Assembly (NCBI RefSeq): GCF_902713615.1
Contig: NC_052156.1
Coordinates: 140,720,404-140,784,403, forward strand
Direction: 5' to 3'
Source: Scyliorhinus canicula
Taxonomy: Eukaryota
Length of the DNA: 64,000 bases
The translations under genes and the position numbers were made by a program. This document shows, piece after piece, positions 22,284-35,689 of this stretch. Below the pieces are notes generated by a model. The model saw only the letters and a program-made list of their open reading frames with translations. It had not been told where the DNA came from and did not search any database. Position 1 is the stretch's first letter. Every line of letters begins with the position of its first letter.

Positions 22284-24576
22284 TATCAAGATGGCAACTT
22301 GAGGCAGACTGTTGATTGCTTCCTCATTGATGGATGAAGGTCGATTGAGGATCTGCTCTGCCCACCTTTGTAGAATTTGGTCTTTATCTGTGAGCAATGT
22401 TGTTCCTCGGCACCGAGGATTGATAATGCACCAATAGACTCGGGTCTATAGACAGATTTCAGAGCAGTATAGCATCTCTGCCAGTCGTTATGCTCTGCAT
22501 ATGATGAAGTTCACCTGCTTTCTGATTCAGTCATCTCTCTGAGTTTGCATTGGACAATCCTGCAAATGTTTTGGGAGACACCTGCTTTGATAGTGATCTC
22601 TTTGTCATTGAGCTAAATCCTGTAGGAGGTTACGTTTCTCCTCCAGTAGTTTTGGTATTACCTCATTGTTTTCATTGAACCAATCTTGATGATTACGAGA
22701 GGTAGGGCCAAGGGCCTCTCAAGCAGTGGAATGCACTATATCCCTGAAGGCTACCATGTCATCCACTTGCACTATGCACAAGCAACTCCTCAGTTTCTCT
22801 GAGTAGGATTCCTTCATGACTGCCCATTTGAGCCTTGAGACATTTGAGATACTGCTGGACCTTCCCATCCTAACAGCAGCCAGGAGGTAATATCTTAATG
22901 TTTAATTTTGAAATTATAAGACAGTGTTCAGCCCAGTAGTCAGTACTGCACATGGCTTTTGTTACGCGCACATCCTACTTGGATGTGCACCCTACTAAAA
23001 TAACCCCCTTCTGCACTGTTGGGATTCTATGATACTTGACTCTCTGCTTGGTGATGACATAGTCAATTAAATACCAATGCAAAGAACAGGGGTGCACCCA
23101 TGATACATTGGGTGGAATTCTCCCATCCTGCCCATGGCGGCTTTGGTGGTGCGCGCGAGCAGAGAAGCCAGTGGGAGCAAAAAAATTGGAAACCCACTGG
23201 CGGATAAACAGTTTGAAATCCTCCCAATGGTCGGTTGGTTCTCCCCCATCCTGGTCGTGTGAACACCATTTGCATCCTATGCATGCTCTTTAAAACAGCT
23301 GCTCGCCAGAATCTAGTCAGGCCTGCTAATCTTGCAACACACCAACGGGAAACCACGTCGGTCTCAAACCCACTTGAAAAGGAGTGGCTTGCACAAGGCG
23401 TACTTCAGTTCACTTGAGATTTCAACGTGAGTGTATCATAAATAGTCTACCTGCAATAGCGCTGCACCACTCCAATTGTGCTGAATGTCACTCAACTGGG
23501 GCAGATCAGTTTGCCCATCCAGCTCCATGCCAAGCTGGTCTTTTTGGGCAGCACTATGGTGGGGGTCCCATGGATCCTTCACTCAATGGACCAAAGTTCA
23601 ACTGGGAGTGGGATGTGACATGAAGTGGAGGGTGCTGACGAAGACAAGGAGGACAATATGGGAGGTGGCCATTGCTTCCCAGAGTAGCAAAATCCCCAAA
23701 TCGCGGAGTTCACCTGGTTTGGTCCATCCATCTTGCAATTACACGTGAGAGCTGGGTGAAGGTGAGAACAAATAAATGATGCACCACTGCAGAGTGATGA
23801 GCCCACCTGTGAGAGATGCTACCCTTCCTTTATACCTGTTACAATCCTGAGGAAAGGTGTAGGGAAGGGGCTAGGAAAAGTAGCCACAAAAATTGTTTTA
23901 TAATGTCTCTGAAAAAAGTTCTACAAAAATACAAGCTAGTATTGTGATGCTCCACCAAGCTTTCAATGAAGTATCATCAAGATGTATTGTAGGGTGAGAT
24001 TTTGAAATAAAGCAGTATGAGCATGCATACTTTGTCAACTATTGCAAATCAGAAAATCTTTTCATGAACTTGTGTACAAATAATATAGCACTGACTCTTT
24101 CAGCTTGTGGTCTTGTGGCACAGTGGTAGCACCCCTACCTCTGTCCAGAAGCTGAGTGTTCATGTCCAATGCCAGGACATATTGGCCACTGTAGGAGTGT
24201 TCATAACATGGCTCAATGGGCTGATAATCAGATTAGGAATTCTTCCCTCACTAAAAATGTGGGTGTGAAGATATGCTTAAAAAAATACTTTCAGCCACCT
24301 CTATTCAACTTCCTTTGACATTATCCTTCAATGAAAAATGCTCCTCAGCCCAAAAAGGATGATCCTTCCCTGATGAACCTGAATGGATGCATTACTTTGT
24401 CATTTCTCACCCTCAGTTTAACTTAGAGTTAAGAGAAAATAATAGCCAATGATGAGTTGCAGAATCTGAATAAGCAATTTTTTGACAGTGAGCTTGTGGT
24501 AAGAATGAATGTTTAACCAAATGGGCAGCTTTGTCCTGGACGTTGTTGGGTTTCTTGAAAGTTGGTATTGTACTTA

Positions 24577-24920
24577 GGGGCAACACGGTAGCATGGTGGT
24601 TAGCATAAATGCTTCACAGCTCCAGGGTCCCAGGTTCGATTCCCGGCTGGGTCACTGTCTGTGCGGAGTCTGCACGTCCTCCCCGTGTGTGCGTGGGTTT
24701 CCTCCGGGTGCTCCGGTTTCCTCCCACAGTCCAAAGATGTGCGGGTTAGGTGGATTGGCTATGCTAAATTGCCCGTAGTGTCCTAAAAAGTAAAGGGGGG
24801 GGGGTTGTTGGGTTACGGGTATAGGGTGGATATGTGGGTTTGAGTAGGGTGATCATTGTTCGGCACAACATTGAAGGCCGAAGGGCCTGTTCTGTGCTGT
24901 ACTGTTCTATGTTCTATGTT
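24577..24920 (+). repeat. HE1-like SINE with CR1-derived tail
   Basis: Tail ggccgaagggcctgttctgtgctgtactgttctatgttctatg matches the 3' end of the CR1 at 9050-9115. Confidence 0.9.
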
Positions 24921-25689
24921 ATCCAGGCAAGTGGAGAGTATTCCATCACATTCCTAACTTGTGCTTGTAGATGATGGAATCTTTGCGGAGTCAAGAACGG
25001 AGTTCCTTTCTGCAGAATTCTCAGCCTCTGATTTGCTCTTGTAGTCACAGTATTTATGTGGCCAGTCCAATTAGGTTTCAGATCAGGATGTTAATGGAAA
25101 TGCTGTTGAATGTCAAGGGAAGATAATTAAATTATTTCTTGTTGGAGATGGTCATTGCCTGCACTTGTGTGGCACAATGTTACTTGCCACTTATTAGTCC
25201 AAGCCTGAATGTTGTCCAGGCCTTGCTGCATGTGGGAATGGACTGTTTCATTATCTGAGGAGTTGTGGAAGTACATGACAGACAACAACATTTCTGAAAA
25301 CAATGGTGGGGCCCAGACACCAAATGGAACACAAAGGGAGATGGCAAAACAGAGATTCACAGCAGTGGTAAGATATGAATGTGCGCTACTATTTAAGTAA
25401 TCCCAGATCGTATTTAAAGTAGAACTAAGTTCTTTTAAAATACTTTAATGAAAATATGACAAATTCAGAAGAAAAAAATTAGATTAAACTAATTTATAAT
25501 AGTGAGGCATTGATCGCTATCCATTAAGTGCCAGGAGTCTTAAATATATTTTGTTTTAAAATAGAAAGAATAATTTACGTACTACCTTTTACATTGAAAC
25601 AACATTTCAGGTAATGTATCTTTCTTTAAGCACAGGAACTTCAGTCCTATGAGTAAGTGTATCTTTTCTGTCCATAATATACAGTATGT

Positions 25690-25850
25690 AATAAAAGCAA
25701 AATACTGTGGATTCTGCACGTCCGAAATAAAACCAACGTGCCGTAAATACTCAGCAGGTCAGGCAGCATCTGCAGAATTAACATCGAGTTAATTGAATTA
25801 ATATGATAGAAGCCTCAAACGTTAACTCTGCTTCTCTCTTCACATTTGGC
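25690..25850 (+). repeat. Degraded Penelope-like terminal repeat
   Basis: aaatactcagcaggtcaggcagcatctg...aacgttaactctg, recalled as a common shark repeat. Confidence 0.4.
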
Positions 25851-25995
25851 ACTTCCACATTGAAGTCTGCTGTTTCCTTCCTTGAAGATCACCTTGCTGA
25901 TACCTTCATTCTCACCAGAAGGCTCCCTGTTGTGTAGGATTCCTCCAAATCTTTCTCTACTCCCTACCACCAGGATCAATTATCTTGTATATAAT

Positions 25996-26156
25996 GGGCC
26001 TGATTTTAACTGTGTGTAACTGAATGGGTTTGGAGTGAGTTGAAATGGGGTGACAGAAATTATCACATTTGTCTATATCTGAATCCTACAGTTATTGATA
26101 TGTCACCAAATATTTTTGAGAGACAATGAGATTCAGGTTCTGGTTAAAAGTTACCC
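25996..26156. mobile_element. Possible MITE
   Basis: Imperfect terminal inverted repeats gggcctgattttaac / gttaaaagttaccc. Confidence 0.35.
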
Positions 26157-26423
26157 TTTCTTGCCGATTCTAGAAAATAACATTCTTTAACCTTCTTCAC
26201 AAATTTGAACAGTCGTACAAGTTTCAGTCTCAGTATCTGCTAATGTGTGTGCATTAATATCAACAAAATAAAAACATCTAGGTACATACAACAGGTAGAA
26301 GGGAAATGTTCATAAAGTAATCAATATCTCCTGGAATTATCTTCAGAAATCGGAGGATGGAGTGGGATGGGGGTCTCAAAATCATTTTTTAATTGGTCAA
26401 AGATATTTTAAATATGTTTGTCT

Positions 26424-26660
26424 AGGGGCAGCACGGTGGCCTAGTGGTTAGCACAACCGCCTCACGGCGCTGAGGTCCCAGGTTCGATCCCGGCTCTGGG
26501 TCACTGTCCGTGTGGAGTTTGCACATTCTCCCCGTGTCTGCGTGGGTTTCGCCCCCACAACCCAAAAATGTGCAGAGTAGGTGGATTGGCCACGCTAAAT
26601 TGCCCCTTAATAGAAAAAATAATTGGGTAATCTAAATAAAAAAAAAAAAAAAAAAAAAAA
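26424..26660 (+). repeat. Young V-type tRNA SINE
   Basis: Pure poly(A) tail; TSD aaatatgtttgtct on both sides. Confidence 0.92.
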
Positions 26661-27059
26661 TATGTTTGTCTTGCTTCGCCAAGAAATGACTTGGCTACTG
26701 ATGGGAAGTATTCTTCGATTCCCAGCTTGGATCACTGTGCAAAAAATATGTTGTTAGGTGAATTGGACATTCTGAATTTTCACAATAGTGTACCTGAACA
26801 GGGCCGGAGTGTGGTGACTAGGGGCTTTTCACAGTAACTTCATTGCAGTGTTCATGTAAGCCTACTTGTTACACTAATAAAGATTTAGTATTCAGGGTTA
26901 TGTTGATTAGTGGCAACATGACTGAATGGAACAGACAAAATGGTCTTTCTTTTGACCCTTTTTTGAATGTTAGATTGTGGAAGGGGGAGGGATTATGTTT
27001 GACCCCAAGAAGGGCTTCATAGGGCGATTTGCATATTTTCCTTTTTATCACTGCCCTTG

Positions 27060-27700
27060 TTCCATGATAGCAGCAGTTCCCCAGGCACTTCCGCCGGAAG
27101 AAATATATCGCCTACTCATCTGATTTTACAACAGTGCCATTGTCATATATTACCATTTGGATTTCACCAGCCAGGCAACCCTGAATAGGGGAGATTATTT
27201 TCTGTAAAATCTCTTCTCCGGTTATCTTCCATAAATAAATTAATTTTTACAACAATTATTTGTTCCCCTTTTCACACGGCCATAAAAATATACAGTAAGT
27301 AAAATTATGGAAATTGATTGCTGACAATGCTATGTAATTGCAGGAAGTTAAACCACCCGTTTAAAGCAGTGTAAACGTTGTAGCGGAAAAAGTTAGTGCT
27401 TCAAGAGGGGCCATTGATTCCCGGAAGTGTGACACATGCTGATTGGCAGACCGGCCGTACAATTGCAAACGGGATACATTGAAGAAAATAATGTCAAGCT
27501 CCAATCGCCTCGCGCTATGGCCGGGGCAAAGGAAACGTACTGCTTGGCTTCACTGGAGCGAGGGAGGAAAGTGGAAGCAAAGCTAAAGGCCCTCGGCTGT
27601 AACAGGGAGGCAGGCGAAGGGGATTAATGTGCATGTGAGCTGCAGCCGTAGGGACGGGGCAGCGACGCTGGAGGACTTCTTAGCCCGATTCTCATATATA
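27060..27700. promoter_or_regulatory. TMEM60 promoter, likely bidirectional with PHTF2
   Basis: Raised CpG content; ETS/GABP sites (cacttccg/ccggaag ~27086-27100, ccggaagt 27421); CCAAT boxes in both orientations (attgg ~27442, ccaat 27501). Bidirectionality is inferred from human synteny. Confidence 0.6.
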
Positions 27701-27911
27701 CTAACTAAAGTATTCTACCAGCATCAAGAATAAAATGGAGGAAACGGCATGCAGATGTTAACGGACAGAGCGAATAGCACTGACGCAAGGGGCTGTTTAT
27801 GTAAGAGACGAAATGAAACTGATTTTGTTAACCAGCATTACCTTTCTGGAAACATTGTTTCTTGACACATTCTGAGCAGACTTTCGAGAGGCGAGCAGCC
27901 ATTTGTTTTAG

Positions 27912-28316
27912 ATGAAAATGTCACTAGCTCAGAGGGTTTTAATGACCTGGCTCTTCACCTTGCTCTTCTTAATCGTACTGGTGCTGAAATTGGACAAAAA
28001 AACTTCTTGGAACTGGATCCTTATCTTCATCCCGCTCTGGACTTTTGATACCATCCTTTTAATGATGTTAATCGTAAAAATTATAGGGCGATGCAGATCA
28101 GGTTATGACAGGAACGGCAATTCAAGAAGCCTCAAGAAGGAGGTCTGGTATCTCTGCGCCATGCTGCTTAAACTAGGTTTTCTGCTAGCGCTATGCGCCA
28201 GACTGGATCATTTCGCACAAATGAAACTCATATTCGTGTTTATTCCTCTTTGGCTCTTACTCATAGGAGCAGTGGTTGATCTGGCGTATAATATCTATTC
28301 TATGCGACAAGACTGA
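27912..28316 (+). CDS. TMEM60: Transmembrane protein 60
   Basis: 134 aa, MKMSLAQRVLMTWLFTLLFLIVLVLKLD...WNWILIFIPLW...LLKLGFLLALCARL...VFIPLW; four hydrophobic segments; CDS in one exon. Confidence 0.97.
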   Translation: MKMSLAQRVLMTWLFTLLFLIVLVLKLDKKTSWNWILIFIPLWTFDTILLMMLIVKIIGRCRSGYDRNGNSRSLKKEVWYLCAMLLKLGFLLALCARLDHFAQMKLIFVFIPLWLLLIGAVVDLAYNIYSMRQD

Positions 28317-28629
28317 TATCGTGGACAAGTTGTAGTCTTTTGTTGCCGTCCGAATCAGCACCAGGTTATTTAACGCGGGACTCAATCGAAGTAAACTGAA
28401 AGGCGCGTTAAGTGGCGTATGCCATGTTTTTTTCAAATCTAAGAACTCACCTGGATTGTAAATATCATTTCTTACGACTACGTCTGTCGTGCATTTTGTG
28501 AGGTTATTGTCATATAATGATCTAAACGTGAAGGTTATTTAAAACTCCTTGTAAATGAATGAAAATCACCAATGAAGACAGGAAGTAGTTACACCAGGTA
28601 GTTCAAGCAAATACAGTATGCAATTGGCC

Positions 28630-28764
28630 AGCAGCACGGTTCAATTCCCGTACCAGCCTCCCCGAACAGGTGCCCGAATGTGGCGACTAGGGGCTTTTTC
28701 AGTAACTTCATTTGAAGTCGACTTGTGACAATAAGCGATTTTCAGTTCATTTAATTTCATTTCA
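28630..28764 (+). repeat. SINE fragment in or near the TMEM60 3' UTR
   Basis: ggttcaattccc...gaacaggtgcc...gtggcgactaggggc...cagtaacttcat, with (TTTCA)n tail. Confidence 0.65.
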
Positions 28765-29619
28765 AATGTTTTGATAAAAGCCAATTGCTTCACAGTAGCC
28801 TTGTTAGTAACAGCAGTATAGCACAAAAGGAAGGTACCTGCACTTATCATTCATTATCTTTCCCCAACTATAAAGTACTTTAATTGTAAGCTTTTAACAC
28901 TGGCTTGAAACTTATTCAAAACATGCTTTATTTCGCAAATTAAAGATTTGCAACATATGCAAATCTGCATTGATGCCAAATGCCACAAACATCTTTCTCG
29001 TGATTTGATGTATTAAACGATAGCAAAATACAAAAAAACTTACATTTTGAGGTCATATTTCCAAAACAAACGAACATAGATTGGCAAAGATGTACAAGAT
29101 AATGAGCAAAGGGGAATTATTGACAACTACAAACGATGTCTTGTGCAGCAGGTTTTGCAGGCATAATTATAGCGGTGTTCATTTCACCCATCTAGGGGGT
29201 AGTATTAGGGCCGGTGGATGAAAAGAGGCAGAAATGTTCCTTAGCCCTAAAATTGCCAAGGAAACTCATCGGCGCGAGTAACACCCAACTCACCTCATTA
29301 CGGCTCTCTGGACCTCTGCACTCGGTCTCTTCTGGAGGAGTCCCACCTTCAGTCAGCTAAAATTTGGGAACAACTTAAGTGTAGCTGTTCTCTGTAAAGT
29401 TGCCCATCGATATAGATTGTACAGCTAAAAAACGTTATTTATAAGTCAGTACCAGTGTTCAGACTCCATCTAACCACATCAGCATAGCCTTCCGTTCCTT
29501 TCTCTCTGGTGTGTACAGCTAGCTGTATTATTTGCCTCAACTACTTCTATATCTTCCCATTCTTTAGGCAAATAGGTTATGCTTGAATTCCCTTCTGGAT
29601 TTATTATTGACGGTTGTGT

Positions 29620-29985
29620 GTAGGAGACTCGCCTCTCTAGAGCTTGAGCACATTGTGCAGCACTATGCTGTCAGATGCTATTTTCCCCATGAGATCTTAA
29701 ACTGTGGTCCCATTCACCTGCCTGCAAGGGTGGATGAAAAATATCCCACTATTTTGAAAAGCAGGGGACTTCTCCTCAGTGTCCTGGCTAATATTCCTCA
29801 ATCAACGTCACAAAAATACCGATTAGCTCGTCATTATCGCATGCAATTTGTGGGAATTTGCAGAGTGCAAATTAACTGCCACGTTTCTCACATTACAACA
29901 GTGACACCTTAAAGTATTTCACTAGATTCAAAACAGTTTGAGACATCCGGTTGTGAAAAGCACTATATAAATGCAAGTCTTTATT
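29620..29985 (+). repeat. Deu-type SINE (SacSINE1-like) with L2 tail
   Basis: gcagggg...gtgtcctggctaatattcctc...cattacaacagtgac...gcactatataaatgcaagt. Confidence 0.7.
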
Positions 29986-31891
29986 TTACATTTATAATTA
30001 ATAGTTTTGGTCTCCTCACGTATAAATATCTTAGCTATTCCTCGGATGGAATCCGTTGTTTGAAAATACCCCCTCCCCACTCTGTGAATTGAGGAAGGGG
30101 AAAGAGGTAGCTGGTTTCAATAACAGGCCGATTTGCCAAAAACTGACCGAGAAGTCAATGCCACATCTCATAACTCGTTGGGAACAAAATAACAATGGGC
30201 AGTAAGGTTTTTTTTTTCAACTTCAAGGTATAGGTCAGAGCTGTAGTTATAATGGTAATGCTATAAACAGTTCAGCCAGCCCACAAAACCAAAGTCATAA
30301 AATTTATTATTCAAGACAAGTGATTTTGATTGGACTAAATTAGATTTGCTTTGATTATATTACTCTATGTTCAGTTGGTGTCTTGTGAAATAAAGTTACT
30401 TCATTTGCATCTGGACTTGCCTGGTTATGTTTTAGTCTGCATTGAGAACTATTGGAGAAGTGCACAAAATACAATATCCAGTTCAGTTAGGTAATCTTAT
30501 TGACACAAGTTATACTATTGTGTATATTATGTATACAAATATATATATATATATAAAATATAGGGCAGTACTGATCCTCTCCTAAACTCATGGGGCGGAA
30601 TTCTCCCATGCCGCGCCGGCTGGGAGAATCGCCGTTAGCGCCGATTTTTCGTGCAACCATTCTCCCAACCAGCGAGAACGGCGTCAGAGGTCGGCGCCGC
30701 ACCTGCCGGAGAATCGCCAAAGGCACTAGGTATGGCGATTCTCTGGGCCCCCTGCTATTCAGCGGCCCGAATGGGCTGAACACAGGTCACACCGTCATCA
30801 TTCACCCCTGCTAAATAAATTTGTCAGGCAGTCATGCTGGCTTACGATAAGGAGTAAGGTGGTGAGCGGCTGCCGTTCCCGAAGTTTTGGCGTCCACGGC
30901 CGGTGCTGGTGGGGGGAGGGGGGAAGGATACAGTCAGGCCCATGGAGGGGGGGGGAAGGTAAGGATGCAGCCATGCCCGTGGGGGGGGGGGGGGGGGGCA
31001 CGGGGGAGGGGAAGGGTGACATGCCAGCCGGCCTGCCATGGCAGGACGGTGGCGAAGACACGCTCCCTAGTTGAGGTCATGCTGATGGGCAAAGGCCACT
31101 GGTGCAGCAATGAGGAGGGACGGGATGAACTGGCCAGTGGACTGAGACTGTGGGCAGAGGTTAGGGTGCCTGTGTGTCTGCAGCGAGACCCGGCAAGCGC
31201 GGCACACATTATCCCATGGCATCTGGCTGTCGAGGTGTCCAAGCACCATTGTTAACCATGTTGTTTCTCCACCCCCCCATGCTGATCGTCATGTTTGTGC
31301 ACCAGCCAGCTACGTTTGCCGCTGTGGCGGGAGCAGCTGGCCATTCGGCAGGATCGACGCAGGCGGCTCAGAGCAGCTGTGGCAGCGGCGGCTGCAGCAG
31401 AGGGAGTGGCTGCAGAGGGCCCCGTGCCAGCCGTTGAGGCTGCAGGCCCACACGCCCGACATGTACAGGAGGCGGCGGAGGAGGACAATGACCACCACAG
31501 CATTGGGGATGCACAGGATGAGGATTCTGATCTTTTTTTTTTTTTTAAATAATTTTTATTGAATTTTTCAAAATACAAACATTTTAACCCCCCCTACATT
31601 TACATTTAAATTATAACAAAACAAAGTCAAACCCCCCTACTTAACAAGAAAAAGAAAAAAAAAAAAAAAAAAAAAAATCCCCCCCCCCCCTACCCGCAGC
31701 GTCCCCCCCCCCCCCCCCCCCCCCCCCCGCCGGCGAACCGACAGTCAGACCAACTTATCACTTCTAGCAGCGTCCTCGGGCAGGCCTTGCCCGTGCCACC
31801 GCCGCTACCGTACTTCCTTCGTCGTTGTCCCCCCTCCCCCCCTCCCGCCCTCCCCTCCCCTCCCGGGTTGCTGCTGTCATGGCCTCAGTTT

Positions 31892-34800
31892 CTATCTCTG
31901 ATCCAAGAGGTCTAGGAAGGGTTGCCATCGCCTGGAAAACCCCTGCACCGACCCTCTCAGGGCGAATTTGATCCTTTCCAATTGGATGAAGTTTGCCATG
32001 TCGTTTAACCAGGTGTTAACACTCGGAGGCCTTTCGTCCCTCCACTGAATCAGGATCCTCCTCCGAGCCACCAAGGACGCAAAGGCTAATATTCCAGCCT
32101 CCCTCGCCTCCTGTACCCCCGGTTCCACCCCAACCCCGAAGATCGCAAGTCCCCATCCTGGCTTGACCCTGGACCCCACCACTCTCGACACCGTCCCTGC
32201 CACCCCCTTCCAGAACTCCTCCAGTGCCGGACATGCCCAAAACATATGTGCATGATTCGCAGGGCTTCCCGAACATCTAATACACCTGTCTTCACCCCCG
32301 AAAAAACCGACTCATCCTTGTCCCCGTCATGTGGGCTCTATGCAGTACCTTAAATTGAATGAGACTTAGTCTCGCACATGACGACGACGAGTTGACCCTC
32401 TCCAGGGCGTCTGCCCATGTCCCGTCCTCTATCTGTTCCCCCAGCTCTAACTCCCACTTATCTTTCAGCTCCTCTACTGGTACCCTCCTCCACCTCCTGC
32501 ATAATCTTATAGATGTCCGAGATCTTCCCCTCCCCGACCCAGACCCCTGATAGCACCCTATCACTCACCCCCCTGTCGGGGAGCGCGGGGAACCCCGCTA
32601 CCTGTCGTCTGGCAAATGCCTTCACTTGGAGGTACCTGAACGTGTTCCCCGGGGGGAGCCCAAATTTCTCCTCCAGCTCTCCCAGGCTCGCAAACCTCCC
32701 CTCTATAAACAAGTCCCTCAGTTGTCTAATACCCGCCCTCTGCCAGCTCTGGAATCCCCCTCCTGTGTTTCCCGGTGCAAATCTGTGGTTCCCTCTTAGT
32801 GGTGCCCCTATCAGACCTCCCACTTCCCCCCTGTGTCGCCTCCACTGCCCCCAGATCTTGAGGGTGGCCGCCACCACCGGGCTCGTGGTATACCTCGTGG
32901 GAGGGAGCGGCCATGGTGCCGTTACCAGTGCCCCTAAGCTTATGTTGCCGCAGGACGCCCTCTCCATGCGCTTCCAGGCTGCCCCCTCCCCTTCCATCAT
33001 CCACTTTCGTACCATCGATGTATTTGCCGCCCAGTAATATCCTGAAAGGTTGGGTAACGCCAGCCCTCCACTATCCCTACTCCGCTCCAAAAAGACCCTT
33101 CTAACTCTCGGGGTGCCATGTGCCCACACATACCCCATGATACTACTCGTTACCTTCTGAAAAAGGCCCTGGGGAGGAAGATGGGCAGACACTGGAACAA
33201 AAACAAGAACCTCGGGAGGACCGTCATTTTAACTGACTGCACCCTCCCTGCCAGCGACAGCGGCACCATGTCCCACCTCTTAAACTCCTCCTCCATCTGC
33301 TCCACCAGTCTGGAAAAGTTCAACTTGTGTAGGGTCCCCCAGTTCTTTGCCACCTGCACCCCCAAATACCTAAAACTTTTAACTGCTCTTTTGAAGGGGA
33401 GCCTCCCAATTCCCTCCCCTTGGTCTCCCGGGTGTATTACAAAGACCTCACTTTTCCCCAGATTTAATTTATATCCCGAAAAGTCCCCGAACTCCGCTAG
33501 TATCCCCCATTACCTCCGGCATTCCCCCCTCCGGGTCTGCCACATACAACAACAAATCATCCGCATAGAGCGAGACCCGATGTTCCTCCCCTCCCCTTGT
33601 CAGTCCTCTCCACCCCCCTGAACCCCTCAGTGCCATCGCCAACGGCTCAATCGCTAATGCAAAGAGTAAGGGAGATAGGGGACATCCCTGCCTAGTACCT
33701 CGATGGAGCCCAAAATATTCTGACCTCCTCCCGTTTGTTACCACACTTGCCATCGGAGCTGAATAGAGCAGTTTTACCCACTTGATAAATCCCTCCCCAA
33801 ACCCAAACCTTTCCAACGTCTCCCACAAGTATTCCCACTCCACCCTGTCAAATGCCTTCTCCGCGTCCAGCGCTACCACTATCTCCGCCTCCCCTTCCAC
33901 TGCTGGCATCATAATCACATTTAACAATCTCCGGACATTTGTGTTAAGTTGGCGTCCCTTCACGAACCCCGTCTGGTCTTCATGGACTACCCCTGGCACA
34001 CAGTCCTCTATCCTGGTTGCCAGGACCTTTGCTAACAGCTTGGCATCTACATTTAAGAGGGAGATAGGCCTGTAGGACCCGCACTGGACCGGGTCCTTGT
34101 CCCGCTTCAAAATCAAGGAGATCAGGGCCTGCGACATTGTTGGAGGCAGAACCCCCCCCTCGCGCGCCTCATTGAAGGCTCGCACCAGCACTGGACCCAC
34201 CAAGTCCACAAATTTCCTGTAAAACTCCACCGGGAACCCATCCGGCCCCGGCGCCTTCCCCGCCTGCATCTGGCCTATCCCTTTAATTAGCTCCTGCAGC
34301 TCTATCGGCGCCCCCAACCCTTCCACCAGCTCCTCCTGTACCTTTGGGAACCCCAATTTGTCGAGAAAGTTCTTCATTCCCCCTCTCCTCTTCGGCGGTT
34401 CAGACCTATACAATTCCCTATAGAAGTCCCTAAAGACCCTATTCACCTCTTGCCCCTTCTGCACTACATCCCCACCCCTCTCTCTCACTCCCCCAATCTC
34501 TCTGGCTGCATCTCGCTTACGAAGCTGGTGTGCCAGCATCCTGCTCGCCTTTTCCCCGTACTCATACGCCGCACCCTGCGCCCTTCTCCACTGCATTTCC
34601 GCCTTCCTAGTGGTCAGTAGGTCGAACCTGGCCTGCAAGCTACGCCGCTCCCTTAATAGCCCCTCCTCTGGCGCCGCCGCATATTTCCTATCTACTTCTA
34701 GGAGCTCCCCCACCAGCCTCTCCCTTTCCTGCCTCTCCTTCCTCTCTCTGTGTGCCCTTATGGAGATCAGCTCTCCTCTAATCACTGCTTTCAAGGCCTC

Positions 34801-35689
34801 CCAGACCGTCCCCACCTGCACCTCACCTGTGTCATTCGTACCCAGATAGTTCTCAATGCCCGTTCTCACCCTTCTGCACACCTCTTCGTCCGCCAACAGC
34901 CCTACATCCAGGCGCCACAACGGGCGTTGGTCCCGCGCCTCCCCCATGTCCACGTCCACCCAATGTGGTGCATGGTCCGATATCGCAATGGCCGAGTACT
35001 CCGTGTCCTGCACTCTCGGTATCAGCCCCCTGTTCAATACGAAAAAAATCGATCCTAGAGTACACTCTGTGGACGTGGGAGAAAAAAGAATACTCCCTCG
35101 CCCTAGGCCTACCAAATCTCCATGGGTCTACCCCTCCCATCTGCTCCATGAACCCCCTTAACACCTCTGCCGCTGCCGGCCTCCTATTCGTCCTGGAACT
35201 CGATCTATCCAGCCCAGGGTCTAACACCGTATTAAAGTCCCCTCCCATGATCAGGCCCCCTGCCTCCAGTCCCGGGATGAGGCCCAGCAGGCGCCTCATA
35301 AAACCCGCGTCGTCCCAGTTCGGGGCATACACATTTACCAGTACCACACTCTCTCCCTGCAGCCTACCCCTCACCATCACGTACCTGCCCTCCTTGTCTG
35401 CCACCACCTCTGCCGCCACAAACGACACTCTCTTTCCCACCAAAATCGCCACCCCCCGGTTCTTGATATCCAAGCCTGAGTGGAACACCTGTCCCACCCA
35501 CCCCCTTCTCAGGCGGACCTGATCTGCTACCCTCAAATGAGTCTCCTGCAGCATTGCTACATCAGCCTTCAGTCCCTTCAGGTGTGAGAAGACCCTTGAT
35601 CTTTTGACCGGCCCATTCAGCCCCCTTACGTTCCACGTGATCAATCGGGTCGCAGAGCGACCCGTCCCTACTCCCTGTCGATTAGCCAT
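31892..35689 (-). pseudogene. L1 ORF2p (EN, RT, CCHC) broken by five frameshifts
   Basis: TWNVRGLN, LQETH, GGDFN, SDH, PGPDGF, DAEKAFD, RQGCPLSP, YADD, HMFWAC across consecutive ORFs. Confidence 0.92.

Larger units (their letters stand above)
20350..22650 (-). mobile_element. Degraded RTE-clade LINE, carrying SINEs at ~20645-20860 and ~22057-22283
   Basis: GRHVVKMPDTLLLKSIFYGE...GQRKR C-terminal motif and other RT remnants. Confidence 0.55.
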
